Part shown: piece after piece, positions 51,655-64,000 of the stretch
Layout of the letters: every line of letters begins with the position of its first letter
Numbering within the stretch: the first letter of the stretch is position 1
The notes under the pieces: model-generated
The model's input: only the letters and a program-made list of their open reading frames with translations
The model's database searches: none
Told to the model about the DNA's origin: nothing
Source of the DNA: Cycas panzhihuaensis
Lineage: Eukaryota; Plantae; Cycadophyta
Direction of reading: 5' to 3'
Length of the DNA stretch: 64,000 nucleotides
NCBI GenBank assembly: GCA_023213395.1
Contig: CM041465.1
Location: forward strand, 87,613,741-87,677,740
Position numbers and translations under genes: made by a program

Positions 51655-52315
51655 AGAAAATTGAATTCTCAATGCGCAGCAATATTTGTATGGTGGTAGA
51701 TGGCTTCATAAGAGAGAAGGATACACTAGAATGACATTGATCATACTTTTCTTATTGAAAAGATAGCAATAGAGCTACGTTAACAAACCCCAACTCAAAG
51801 ACAATTAAATTACTTATCTAATTAGATGGGCCATGTAGCAAGAAATTTAGATCAACTAGAAACTTTATTAGCTACCGTTAAAGCTAATTTAGCATTACTT
51901 CTACAAAAGAAATAAGAGCAAAGAAAGAGCAAGGAAAACCAACTTCTATAATGAGTTTGGGATTGAAAAACCAATTGGTCCGACTTTAACACAACTTAAT
52001 CTAGCACCACTTTCGAATGTTGAAGAACCTCAAAAGTCTTTTCTAAATTTGCTACTAAAATTTAGCATAACTAAGGCTAATTTAAAAGAAAAAAATCCAA
52101 TGTGACAAAACTTATGATAAGCTTGACCTTGGAATTATTCCCAACAAATGTCAATGGCTTTACCCTAGATTTGGATGGTTCACAAAATCTTGTAAATTCT
52201 CTTTGAACCTGGATTAGAATTCTCTGAATTCTTTAGTAAGATGTTAATTTCACAAATGGTCACATATTAGTCTATATGCCAAAAGACAAATGACAGGTTC
52301 TATCTATTAGCAATG

Positions 52316-55300
52316 TGTTTGAATGAGTAATGTCTTATCCTTTTGTTATAATGTAATCTTAGTATAAGTCATGTCATTTAATAAAAGTAACTTTAAATTA
52401 GGGTTACTATTAATGACACATTGTATATAAGTGCATGGCGTGCTTCTCAATAATAACACAATTCTTTATTTTTCTCTCTTTCATTTATTCTTTGCTCTTA
52501 ACATAGTATCAGAGCGAGGTCAGGTCACTCTTTGCATTTAAAGATCGAGAATTCATACGACCATACAGACAGTCTGTATATTGTACAGACAAGAAAATTG
52601 ATTATCTCAAATTTGACTCAAAATTTATAGGCAAATTCATCTCTATATACGTATCATCCCCTTCCAAAAGATTGAAGGTAGATACCTCATGGATTTGACA
52701 AAACATGGCAAAAATTATATTCATCCAAGTTCTGCTTCATTTGTCGATTTCTCTGTGTACAGATTGATATTATACTTGAATCTAATATCAAACAAAAGCG
52801 CTTATGGAAAAAGCGCTTATGGAAATCCTTTTAATGGTATATGACTTGACTAGGTTTAATTAACATTTGTGAAAAATCAAGTAAAAAAGTCATTAAACCC
52901 TACTTGCCAGTCTATACTTTGAGGAGCAATATCTTTTCATCTAGAGTTCAAAGTAGAAAATCGAGACCAAATTTAGACTCATCATAAAAAAACTCTTTTA
53001 TTTGACATCAGTTTTACCAAATTTTTAGGAGGTCAAATTTTCAGTTACCAAGGTAGTCTATACGTCAGCCCATACGGTTATGTACAGCAGTAACATACAG
53101 TTGTAGACTCTAGACAAGCTTCCACTAGGAAAGTGAAAATCTTTATCTAGTTTTAGCCCTATTATCTTTAAACTTTGTTGATGTTTTGCTTCTTATTATT
53201 AAGTTCAATTTCTCCTATTTTTATCAATCACCTATGGGTAGATAACTTTGCTTGGCAATTACTTGTTCTTTACCTTAAAGACCCTATTCCGAAGGTCTAT
53301 AAATATCGTGTTGGATTTGTCGTTATTAGCTAATCATGGTTAGAACATACACCAACGTGTAAAGTGAGGGGATACGTAAGGACCTAATCCCCAAACCTCA
53401 GATAGAATTTGCTCACTAATTTGAGCTTCCATATATTGTGAGGTATATAAGAAGATTCTATAGAACCCTTTTCCACTTTCTAGAATAGGTTAACTATTGA
53501 TTACTGAAGTCTCGTAGTGTAGTGGTTAGTTGTTAGTGCCAATGAAGTTATTTGGCACGATTTTGATCTTGAGATTTATTGTCAGGCCTACAAGACTAAG
53601 TAATCCCTTACACAAGTTAATAGGAGTCTGTCTATATCTCACCATAGCTTCGTCACTTCATATTTCTGATTTCAAAAAGCTCACTGAAAACAATTATGAA
53701 TCATGGAAGACTAAGATCCACTCCATCCTAATTACCCAAAGAGGATGGGACCAAATTGAAGCTTTTAAAGCCAAACTAATGAATGTAGTTAAAAAGAAAT
53801 TATATCTAGAACTACAAGGTCTTACTCTTACTACAATCACCATTTCAATCTTAGATACCCTTTTGTCTCACATATCAAGCCACAACTCCTCATGAAGCAT
53901 GGACTATTCTCTTAACTTTGTTTGCTCAAAAAAATATTGCCCATATCATGGCCCCTAAAAATCAAATGTTCTTGCTTAAAATGACAAAGGCAAAAGATTT
54001 CACATCCTTCTTAACCTGTTTCAAAAATATTTAGAAGAGCCTTGCTTCCATTGGAGTTATTTACTCTAATAATGCTCTGATTGACCTGATTATCTATAAT
54101 TTACCGTCTAGATTCAAGGCCTTCATTACTAGTTATCAAATGATAACTGAATTATTAAACCTATATTTGATATTGTCTATGGCCAAATCCTTCACTATGA
54201 GCAAATTGATGTCAACTTAGACAGTGACCTGGAGAACGCATTTGCATCCAAAGTTAACATCTAAGGACAAGACAACTTGAGCATAGTTATATATTGAGCA
54301 CCTGGACGAGGGAGAAGACGTGTATTCAGTTATAGACCAATGAGAGGTTGATCTTCCTTTCGAGCTCCACTACAATAGTACTCCAGAGGAAGAACATGAT
54401 GAAATATCATCTATTACTACTGTGGAAAAATGGGACACTTCACCACAAGTTATCGTCATTGTAAAGTTAATTTAGAGAGAGGAATCATTGTTGCAGGAAG
54501 CTACTCTGGGCAAACAAAAAAGGATGACCAAATAGGAAAGGGAGAGAAAGAAGAAACTGCCTTCATCACTATTCTCTCTTCAACCATTGATAACCAAAGC
54601 CCAGATGACTAGTTTATTGATTTAGGAGCATCACAACACCTCCCATAGGCATTCCTAGTTCAATCACATCAAACTACTGTAGGGAGCAGGAACAATAGAA
54701 CTTGGAGATAACACCACCCGTCCAATTTAGGGTAGCGATATAATGCCAGTAACCATGCATGATAAAGCCATTGAGAAAGTTGGACAAGTTCTATATGTGC
54801 CAAGGATGACCAAGAACTTATTGCCAGTCTCTCAACTGACTGACAAAAGGATAAAAATTTTATTTGGTGATGACAAATGCATTATTTTTTATAAGACCAA
54901 AGATGACAAAGTGGTTGGTGAGGGAATCAAAACAGAAGGACTATATAATTTTCTTGCCTCATCAATACACTTTACATTAAATGTAACTCATAATATTGAT
55001 AATAAAAAGCTCTGGCATTTGTGCTATGGACACTTGTCTTATGATGGCTTATCTAATTTAAACAAATATAATATGGTGAAAGGGTTGCCCTAGATTAAAA
55101 AAGTAAATTTTGTATGTGATATTTATATGCTGGGCAAACAATATAGATTGCAATTCTCTCAAAGCACTAGAAGGGCCAACTGCAAACTTCAACTTGTGCA
55201 CAATGACTTATATGGGTCATTTACTCCTCTCTCTGTGGAAGTTGAATGATATTTTTTAACATTTATTGATGATTATTCAGGAAAATTTGGATATATTTTC

Positions 55301-57933
55301 TTAAACTAAAATCATATGTGTTTGAAGTTTTCTTGAACTTCAAGATTAAGGTTGAAAAGGAAAGTGGTCACAACATTAAAATCTTGAGAACTTACAATGG
55401 AGGAGAATTTACCTCAAATGAATTCAAAGAATATTATGAAAAAAAAGGGAATACAGAGATAATTAACAACCCCATATACTTCTCAATCCATTGGAATGGT
55501 AGAAAAGAAGAATAGAACCATAATTGAAATGACTCTATCACTTTTAAATCAAAAGGGGGTATCAAATAGGTATTGGGTTAAAGCTGCAAATATTGCGACA
55601 TATTTGTTTAATTGAAGCCCATGTAAGGCTTTGCATAACATAAGTCTAGAAGAATCTTGGACAGGATAAAAGCTTGATATTTCACATTTTAGGATCTTTG
55701 GTTCGATTGTATATATGCATATTCCTCCTCAAAAGCGTGAAAAGTTAGATGAAAAGAGTAAGTGTATTCTTGTAGGATACAATGATACCTCCAAAGCATA
55801 CAAATGTCTTGATCCATCAGCTGGCAAGTTATATCCAAGTAGGGATGTATATATTGATGAAATATTTAACTTAATAACAGAGAATATTTTTCAAAATATA
55901 ACCCAATTTGAGGGGCATTTGTCTCCAACTATTCCTCATCTTAAGCAACAACTCTGTTCTAGAGACCTCTATGGTTCCTAGTAAACATCAGGAACTACAA
56001 ACATCAAGAGGAACCTCAAGTCATCACTATGATGATATTCTCTCAGATAGCCTAGGAGGTACTCCAGTATACTAGACCCATGCTCATCCAAAAAGGATTC
56101 CAAAATGGTATTTCAAGACTATGGAAGATTATAGAGTTATTCTTGCAAATCTCCAAGAAGGACGAAAAACTAAGGGTCAAGCTCATTTCCACTATGGACT
56201 TGTAATTAATATCGACATTTCTTATCAAGAAGCTATAGATGATCCTTATTGCAGTAAAGCCATGGAAAAAGAAATTGATTCAATGAAGAAAAATAAAACT
56301 TGGGATTTAGTTGCACCTTGACCAAGAAAATTAGTTGTTAGATGCATATGACTATTTAAAGTCAAAGAAAAGGCTTATGGATGCATTGAAAAATATAAGG
56401 CTCAGCTTGTCGCTAAAGGATTCATCCAAATTCATGGCATTGACTATGAAGAAACATTTGCCCAAGTCAGTAAGATGATAACAATTAGAACAGTCCTTGC
56501 CCTAGCAGCGCAACACAATTGGCTAGTTTATCAAATGGATGTTAAAGAGGTTTTTCAAAATTGGGAATTACAAGAAGTATATATACAACAACCTCCAGGA
56601 TATATAACTATTGGATAAGAGCATTTAGTTTGTAAATTGAACAAGTCCTTATATGGGTTAAAACAAGTTCTAAGATTTTAGTATTTAAAAATTGATGCAT
56701 ACCAAAAAAATGCAGGAATGAAACAATGTAATGTAGATTATGGACTATACGTTCATATTGCCAAAAATAACCAAATCACAATCATTGTATTTTATGTTGA
56801 TGATTTAATTATTACAGGTGATAATGCAAGTTGGATTGAAAATATAAAATAGAAGTTGTTAAAGACATTTGAAATGACAAATTTCAAACTTTTGCATTAC
56901 TACTTAGGAATAGAAATCTAATAATAACTCTAAGGAATATTTTTGCACCAATGAACATATGTTGCACAAATACTGGAGGAGTTCAACATGACAAATTGCA
57001 AGTCTGGTCCAACTCCCATGTGCACAGGAGCCAAATTCGATGCAGATCTAGAGGGAAAACTAGTTAATAAGATACTATATATAAAACTTGTCAAGAACCT
57101 CATTTATTTCACCTCTACAAGACCAGACATTGTATATGCTGTCAAAATTATTTTCAGATATATGTCTACACCCAAGGAATCTCATTGAAAGGCAGCCAAA
57201 AGAATATTTCGATATATACAAGGAACAAAATCTTATGGTATTCAATATAACAACAAATGTATAGGTCAACTGATAGGATATTTAGATTCAGATTGGGCCA
57301 AGGACATAGATAGTCACAAATCAACCATAGGATGTTGCTTTGAACTTGGGAGTGGAATTGTTTCAATGAAGACAAAGAAATAATCAATAGCCTCCATTTC
57401 TACTTCTAAGGCTGAATATCAAACAACAGTTCATGCAGTACATGGAGCAACTTGGCTTTGAAGATTCCTTGAAGAACTCCATCATCCTCAAATCACACAT
57501 ATTATAATAAATTGTGATAACTAGAGCACCATTCAAATGACAAAGAATCATATTATTTCATGCATGAACAAAACATATTGAAAAGCATCACCATTTCATA
57601 AGAGAAAAGGTTGATAAGAAGGAAATCAAGTTGGTTTATTGCCCAAGTGAAGAATAATTGGCAAATATCTTCACTAAACTTCTTATAAGAGATGAATTCA
57701 TATATTTTAGAATAAAAATATGCATGAAAGAAAATGATTAGACATGAAGAGGGGATGTTAGAATAAGTAATGTCTTATCCTTTTGTTATAATGTAACCTT
57801 AGTATGTCATTAATAAAGTAACTCTAAATTAGGGTTAAGGTTAAGGACCCCTTGTATATAAATATATGATGTACTTCTCAATAATAACATAATTCTTTGT
57901 TCTTCTCTCTTCTATATATTCTCTATTTTAACA
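52316..57933 (+). mobile_element. Ty1/copia element C, structurally complete but degraded, inserted in viral copy 2
   Basis: LTRs 52316-52503 and 57756-57933, PBS TAGTATCAGAGC 52504-52515, PPT GAAGAGGGGA, TSD CAATG/TAATG (4/5); gag, protease, integrase, RT (YVDD ~56795) and RNase H remnants; empty site in copy 1 at ~953. Confidence 0.9.
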
Positions 57934-60070
57934 TAATGGACTAATGGAAGTAAAAAAAGGCTCTCAAGTGGTGAACTTTGGTGTTTATGTAGTATAACTA
58001 TTGATTACTATCGAGTTTATATCTTCCTTAGTTAATGCTAAAAATGGTGCTATACAATTGCTTGCCAAAATTTGAATAAGTTTGAATCTTATGTTAATGA
58101 TTATTTAAAGGAAATATATGTCATTATTGCATCATGGTCTTTAGGCCAAAATTAGATTTCCAACAAGTCTTCTAAATAATTTATGAAATTTAATATTATA
58201 AGATATGGAAAGCTAAAATAGAGATATTAATGATTTTTTTGTTGATATTATTAGTAAGTGTACGTAGAAAATTAAATAGCTTTACTAGCAAAAAAAAGGA
58301 CAACAAACAACTACACTTCCTTGTCAAAAATGCCACAATGAACTTTTACTTTGCCAAGTGTTGTCACAGGAAATATTACAAAAGGTATGGGTGATTTTAG
58401 CTTAAAAAAATGGCCAATCTAGGAAGACCTTTTCTAATCTCAAAAAATATGGATTCTCTTCTAGGTTAATCTCAAAAGATTGTTGTTTTATTTGTTCCAA
58501 AAAAAGTATTATGCTAGAAATTACCTTAGTAAGGCACGAAACAAAGTCAAAATGTTATTGAGAAAGCCACTCAAGGTTGCTGATTAATTGATGGAATTGA
58601 CAATTGTGATGGTGAGTTAGACATTTATACATTCTCATTGAAGACAAAGAAGTGTTTAGCGATGAGCTATAGGTGCTTCTTCCCCTCATAAGCATAAGAT
58701 ATTTTGTGGTATTTTATTTTTCTAATGATGTCAAAGAAGCAATTGAAATCGACAGATGTACCAGTTGTTCTAAAGAACTGGTAACAAGTAACACTAATGA
58801 AACCATCGAAATAAACAAGTTTGAAATGGTCCATTTTAAATGTTGTAACAATTAGTCTTGACTCATTAGTACTAACACTCTTTGTATTATATCCAAAACA
58901 AAGGCCTTATACAAAGTCATCATAAAATCCTATCATCAAGAGTGTTGAACCACTATTAAGAGAAGAGTTACATATAGTCAAAATCAAGACTTGTCTTTAC
59001 ATTCTAGTACAGAGCTTTGTAAATAATTCATGGTAGAAGGTGGATGCATTATGTGACACAACAACCACCTTAAATATGGTTGGACCTAATGATTATGGAA
59101 AAATATGTTGATGCCATTATCCTCAGAAACCTATAATGGCTCAATTTCTATTTTAAAGTATATTATTTCATTTCTTGTTAAAATAGGAAAGATGACTGCG
59201 CAAACTCAATTATGTGAATACTTTGATCCTTCTAGTATTATTATGTTTGCCATGCCATTCCTTGATTTAATTGACCTAATTACAATCAATACAGATTATT
59301 TTATTGCTACAATCTAAGGAGAGGTAGTGTTGCCAGTGAAGGTGCAAAATAACATTAGCCATTAGATTCAAACATTTGTAGGATTATTATAAGCCACAAT
59401 GATAAATTAAGATTGTTTGATAATATAGTGATGCATTAATTTGGGATTTGATAAAGTATTAAAGGATTCATTAAAATTTAAGCATATAAGGTGGCAACTT
59501 TGTTGAGGGCAAGATCAACAATTTATTTATTTTATTTTCATTCTTTGCATCATTCATGATATAAACCGCAGTGAAGAATAAAGTATTCCCTAGAGGGAGT
59601 TTTTGAAGAACTTATGAAGTTGAATTGTACTCTCTTCATAGTTCTAAAATATATATAAATATTTACAATAATGTTAGTGATTGGAAGCACTGGTACCACT
59701 TTCCAAATGTAGGCTTGAGAGTTTTTAAAAGCAAAAAGGGATGTCAAGAGTGATATATGGCAAAGTGGATTGATATGCATAAATTTTGCTCTTCTAGTTT
59801 TACCTTGTCCTAAGTTGGTTTGCCTGCTTTTCTAGTATCTCAATCTGGGAGGGAGAACTATCATTAACATAAATAGTTAGGTAATTTGTGATATTTTGCC
59901 AAACAAATTTTGAAGGATTTTTTGTCTACTCAATCCCACTGTACTCATTGATGAGATCAAGTTTGAACAATTATGAAAAAGGATAAATAATTAAGTAAGA
60001 ATATATCATATTCGCACTTAGAGAAACCCAAGCTCTATAGGAAAAGAGATAGTTTGAAAGTAAAATTTTT

Positions 60071-61285
60071 TGTTAAACGCATTAATTTCTTGACATCCAA
60101 GAATTTAGCACTTATTGATCATACAGGTAAGTCAAGTATGCATTTTTGCTTTTGTTTATAATTTGACTATTTATTTTATAATTATGTTCTTGTAAATGAT
60201 ACTTGATCTTGCTTGTGATGTGATAATGCATGTGCTCATTTTTATTACCATGTGTTGATCCTAAATATGGTCAATGGCATTTATTGCTTGTCCACTTGGG
60301 TCCCTCATACTCAAAGACACTCTTAAATGCCTTCATGAGTAATTCCATCATCCTTTTGGGACTATTTCTCTCTTTTTTTCATTATTGTTAATCAATGATT
60401 AGTCATTGACCCCTTTTTTAGCCACTTTTGTTCTGTCTCGTTGTATACCTTGTCCCATTCTCTTTTTCTACAGTAGAACACATGTCCTATTGTAAAAATT
60501 ATGATGAGTTACCCTTATCTTGTTGTTATTTTTCCAATGCAGCAGATCTTATATCATTAAAAAATCGTAATTAGATAGCTTCTCTTGTTTTAATTTTTAC
60601 AATAGGGCAACATCATCCCATCATAAAATTGTAGGCAACGTTTATTTCAAAGTAAAGGCCATTTCTTCCATTTTGAGCCACCAAAATTAATTGCACCTAC
60701 TATAGGAGGCATCCAAAATTTATTGTTGTAGGTCTTAAGCTTTGTATAATCTTCAAAAACTACTCCTAAATCCATGGTTTTACATTTGAACTGTTAACTC
60801 CATCACATTAAATTTTGCACACATTCAATTCCATGGACCAAATGTATGCTCATGGTTTCATAGAAACCATGAGCCCTTAATGCACCAAGATAGCCCTTGG
60901 AAAATCGCTTTATATCTTCCACTTTCCATGAGGAAAGGGAGGAAAGTTTTTGCACTATTATGCTGTCAAAATGTTGCTAAAATTTCCTTATAATCTCTCT
61001 CATGGTGTGATTGATGCTCATGAGATGCATGCCTTGTTATGTTCACTTGGCTTTTTAAATTTACTATTGTTCTTATTACATTTTTCTCTTTTCTACATGC
61101 TTCCATACTAAATTTTCACTCTGAAAGTGCTAAAGAGGCCTTTTGGGCCATTTGGTTGGTGCTTTAGGGCCCTTTGATTAGTGACATGTTTGCCATTTTT
61201 GAGGTTCACTCCTTATTTCCTTTGTTTTTCTTTTTTTATAAACTAGTTTACTTTAGTGTTGTTCATACTTTGGTTTTTTTTCTCT

Positions 61286-61329
<44 letters not shown>

Positions 61330-64000
61330 TATTGTAGTTAACTTGGCATGTAAAAGGAGCTCTTCAAGGCTTTTATTTGCAAGTAGTAAGAGTGTGAAAC
61401 TTGGAACTTCATTTTCCTCTTTTTGCATTATCTCTTTTATCTCTCTTTATTCTTTAGAATTGTTTAGTGCTTATAGGGTAGGGGAAATTCAACTCGATAT
61501 TCCCCAGGAGACACTTCAAGGTATACTCCATTTCAAGTCATGTTTTCTAATGATTTAAAGCCTTCAAGATTTTTTTTTTCCATCATGATGTAGTCAGGCT
61601 AGTCGCTATGTTGCAGAAATTCACTCAGAATCTTTTGAGTGCATATTTATTATCTCATTGAGGTTGAGAGTTGCATATAAGGAAGGCAAGATTGCCAAAA
61701 TTTTTTGCCATTATTCCTCAAGGTATTACCTTTTTCAACCCCCTTTTTATCAATTTCTTGCATTTTCATAGAATTATAAGAAATTATTTTTTGTCATAAA
61801 TCTATTCAATGGGTAGAAACATTGTCACATTTTCTATAGATTTTTTTCTTCTTTTCATTACATTCTTGTGGCATTTGATGACTCATCCACCAAGTTGGTT
61901 GTATAAGAAAGAAACATTGGAGGGAAGAGTGACTCTTCATTGAGGTTATACGTGTATTTCAAAGTGTCCCACTTTGCCCCCTGCTTTATCTTTAAGAAAA
62001 GAAAAGAACTAACAAAGGTAAATTTTAGCCTAAGAGGCCTTTTTATACTTCATGCACCTTATTTTAAGAAAAAGAAAAAAGAGAAAGAACAAGACTATTT
62101 CTCTTTCTCTTACCTTCCTTTGTTTACCTCAAAGAGACAAACAAATAAAGGAAAGTGCTCCTCCCATTTTCTTTCTTACCCCTTTTTACTTTGCTATCTA
62201 CTTTTGTTTTGAAAAGAGAGAGAGAAGAATAAATGAGAGGGAGGAGAGTGGAGCACGTTTTTATCCCCCCTTATTTCTCAAAAAATAAAAGCAAAAGAAA
62301 ATGAAAAGATTAAGAGAAAGAGCGCTTTGCTTGGTTTGTGCATGTGCTAGCTTGCTTGCCCCTTTCTTTTCTCTTTATTCATATACTCCTAATTAGGGAA
62401 CCAAGAAAAAAAAGTAAAACAAGATACTTGCATCTCACATAGGTGCTTGTTAGTGAGACTAAAGAGGGTATAGGGGTTGCACTTGCTGTGAGTCTCCAAA
62501 CTCACAAGGTCTTAAGTGTGCATTTAATCTAGCTTGAGTATTGTTTGTATTGAAATGAAATAAGCATATATCCACTATAATTGTGTGTTTTGATTTCCCC
62601 TTATGACCCCTTATTTGACCTAGATTGTTGTCTTTACCCTTGCAATTGTGTTCAAGCAACACATAATGTCCATGAAAGAGTTTGCTCTGCCTTCTTAGGA
62701 CAAGATCTCCTCTACCTCGAATTTTTTGCTAGGTTGTATAAGAGGTCATCCTTTCTTACATGTTACACTTTCTAGTGGCCATAATGGGGACTTGTTAGTT
62801 GGGATTCATAAGTATTGCTTGCCATCTTGTTTATTTGCTAAGGTGACAAGTTCACTGCTTTGTTTGATCTTGCCTCTTACTTTTAGGAGTAGTACCTTGT
62901 ATGCCTCAATATTCTCAAAGACTACAAGGCCTTCTTCCCTTGGATCCTTATTCCTTGGCTCTTCACCCATCAAGTATGCCTCGATGATGGAGCAAGCTCA
63001 TTGACTCTTTGTCATCGACCCCTTTGCTATCGAAACACTTGAGTGGTCCCAAAAATTCAAGGATGCTTATGCCTTTCCTCCACACCACCCTATTGGAGTA
63101 TATGGATCTTACCCACCACCTGAGCTTGATTCAACTTATCAAAATCTGGTAGGATCTGCTGCACATATTATTGGAACCACCCAGGTGTAGTTCACTATGT
63201 CTTCATCTAAGCCATTGGCCCACACATCCAAGTAGGATTTATCTCATGTAGCCATATACATACCTCGAAGAAGTCCTTTGAGATTGTTACCTCATTAAAG
63301 GCATGCTTCAATGGGCTTTCTTTGGGTCCAACATCTTTTGATCCTAACCCTGCTTAGATCACTCATATGTTCAATGTTATAAGTGTTGGTCCAAGTGTAC
63401 CTCCATTTGTATCTCAACCCCAATAGGGGGTAGCCATGCAAGCCACTATGTTGCCCTCTCAAGCTATAGTTGCCATGTTGACCCCTACCTCAATTGATGC
63501 GAGATTGATCCTGCCCTCATATCTTACCCCACCTGTCCCATTGACTTCAAGACTTCTCTCATCCATCAACCAACCTTCTGCGATTTGGGTAAACCCTACT
63601 ATTCTACCTCATTCAATACCCCAACCATCTATTGCTAGGTTATGGTGAGTCCCACTCTATAATATACTCAAACTATGGTGGGGTATACTCCTACCTCTTA
63701 TGTCCCACTTGGCTACATACCCCAATAATGGGGGTATGTTGGGCCTCAGCCCTATCATGCATACAATGTAAATTTGCTTCATCCATATGGGATAGCCCCT
63801 CCATCCTAAGGTCCATATGGTCAAAACCCACTTTTGTATCCTCTTGTTTATCCTCCCCCTACATCTTTGAATATAATTTTCTCTTAAAGGAACTCTCGTA
63901 TAAAGGGGAATGCCTCACTAAGCCCAAACCAGTATTAACACATGGCAAGTGCCTACTTAGGCTGCTCAAATCCCTCCTACCTACACCTATCCCCATGGAA
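60071..64000 (+). mobile_element. Tat-type element copy 2: 5' LTR (60071-~60640), long leader, start of Pro-rich gag; runs off window
   Basis: Same junction with the viral sequence as at 3291; 63490-64000 aligns with 3650-4157. Confidence 0.8.
61290..61328. repeat. (CA)n microsatellite
   Basis: Direct read. Confidence 0.95.

Larger units (their letters stand above)
45387..60070 (+). mobile_element. Endogenous caulimovirid-like sequence, copy 2, split into ~45387-46111, 51655-52315 and 57934-60070
   Basis: Colinear with 1-3290 from 45810 onward; Met-PBS-like TGGTATTAGAGT at 45568-45579; CP, knuckle (~58480) and protease (~59050) remnants. Left boundary approximate. Confidence 0.7.

Noticed and set aside
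61256-61558. ORF with a THTHTH run
   Set aside because: Translation of a (CA)n microsatellite in the Tat leader.
1-64000. CRISPR arrays, tRNA/rRNA genes, prokaryotic systems
   Set aside because: No regularly spaced repeats or structural RNA genes seen; the sequence is plant nuclear DNA.

Overview
AT-rich, heavily C->T-decayed plant nuclear DNA, probably gymnosperm (inferred from the MIR482 precursor form and the Tat RNase H layout). No intact host protein-coding gene is visible. Main contents: (1) two copies, about 45.8 kb apart, of a degraded endogenous caulimovirid-like sequence (tRNA-Met PBS, movement-protein-like remnant, coat protein with zinc knuckle, aspartic protease, then an unknown frame, with no RT/RNase H visible), each followed by the same Tat-type Ty3/gypsy insertion, so this is a segmental duplication; (2) a two-hairpin MIR482/2118-family microRNA cluster at about 41.0-41.35 kb whose predicted 22-mers are complementary to NB-LRR P-loop codons, followed by a probable large intron holding the second viral copy; (3) an apparently intronless XBAT33-like pseudogene fragment; (4) a nested retroelement stack at 15.3-40.2 kb (a Copia containing a second Copia, a young full-length RNase H-bearing L1 LINE and a chromoviral Gypsy), plus another LINE and Copia inside viral copy 2. 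All calls come from manual reading and translation; no searches or folding were run.
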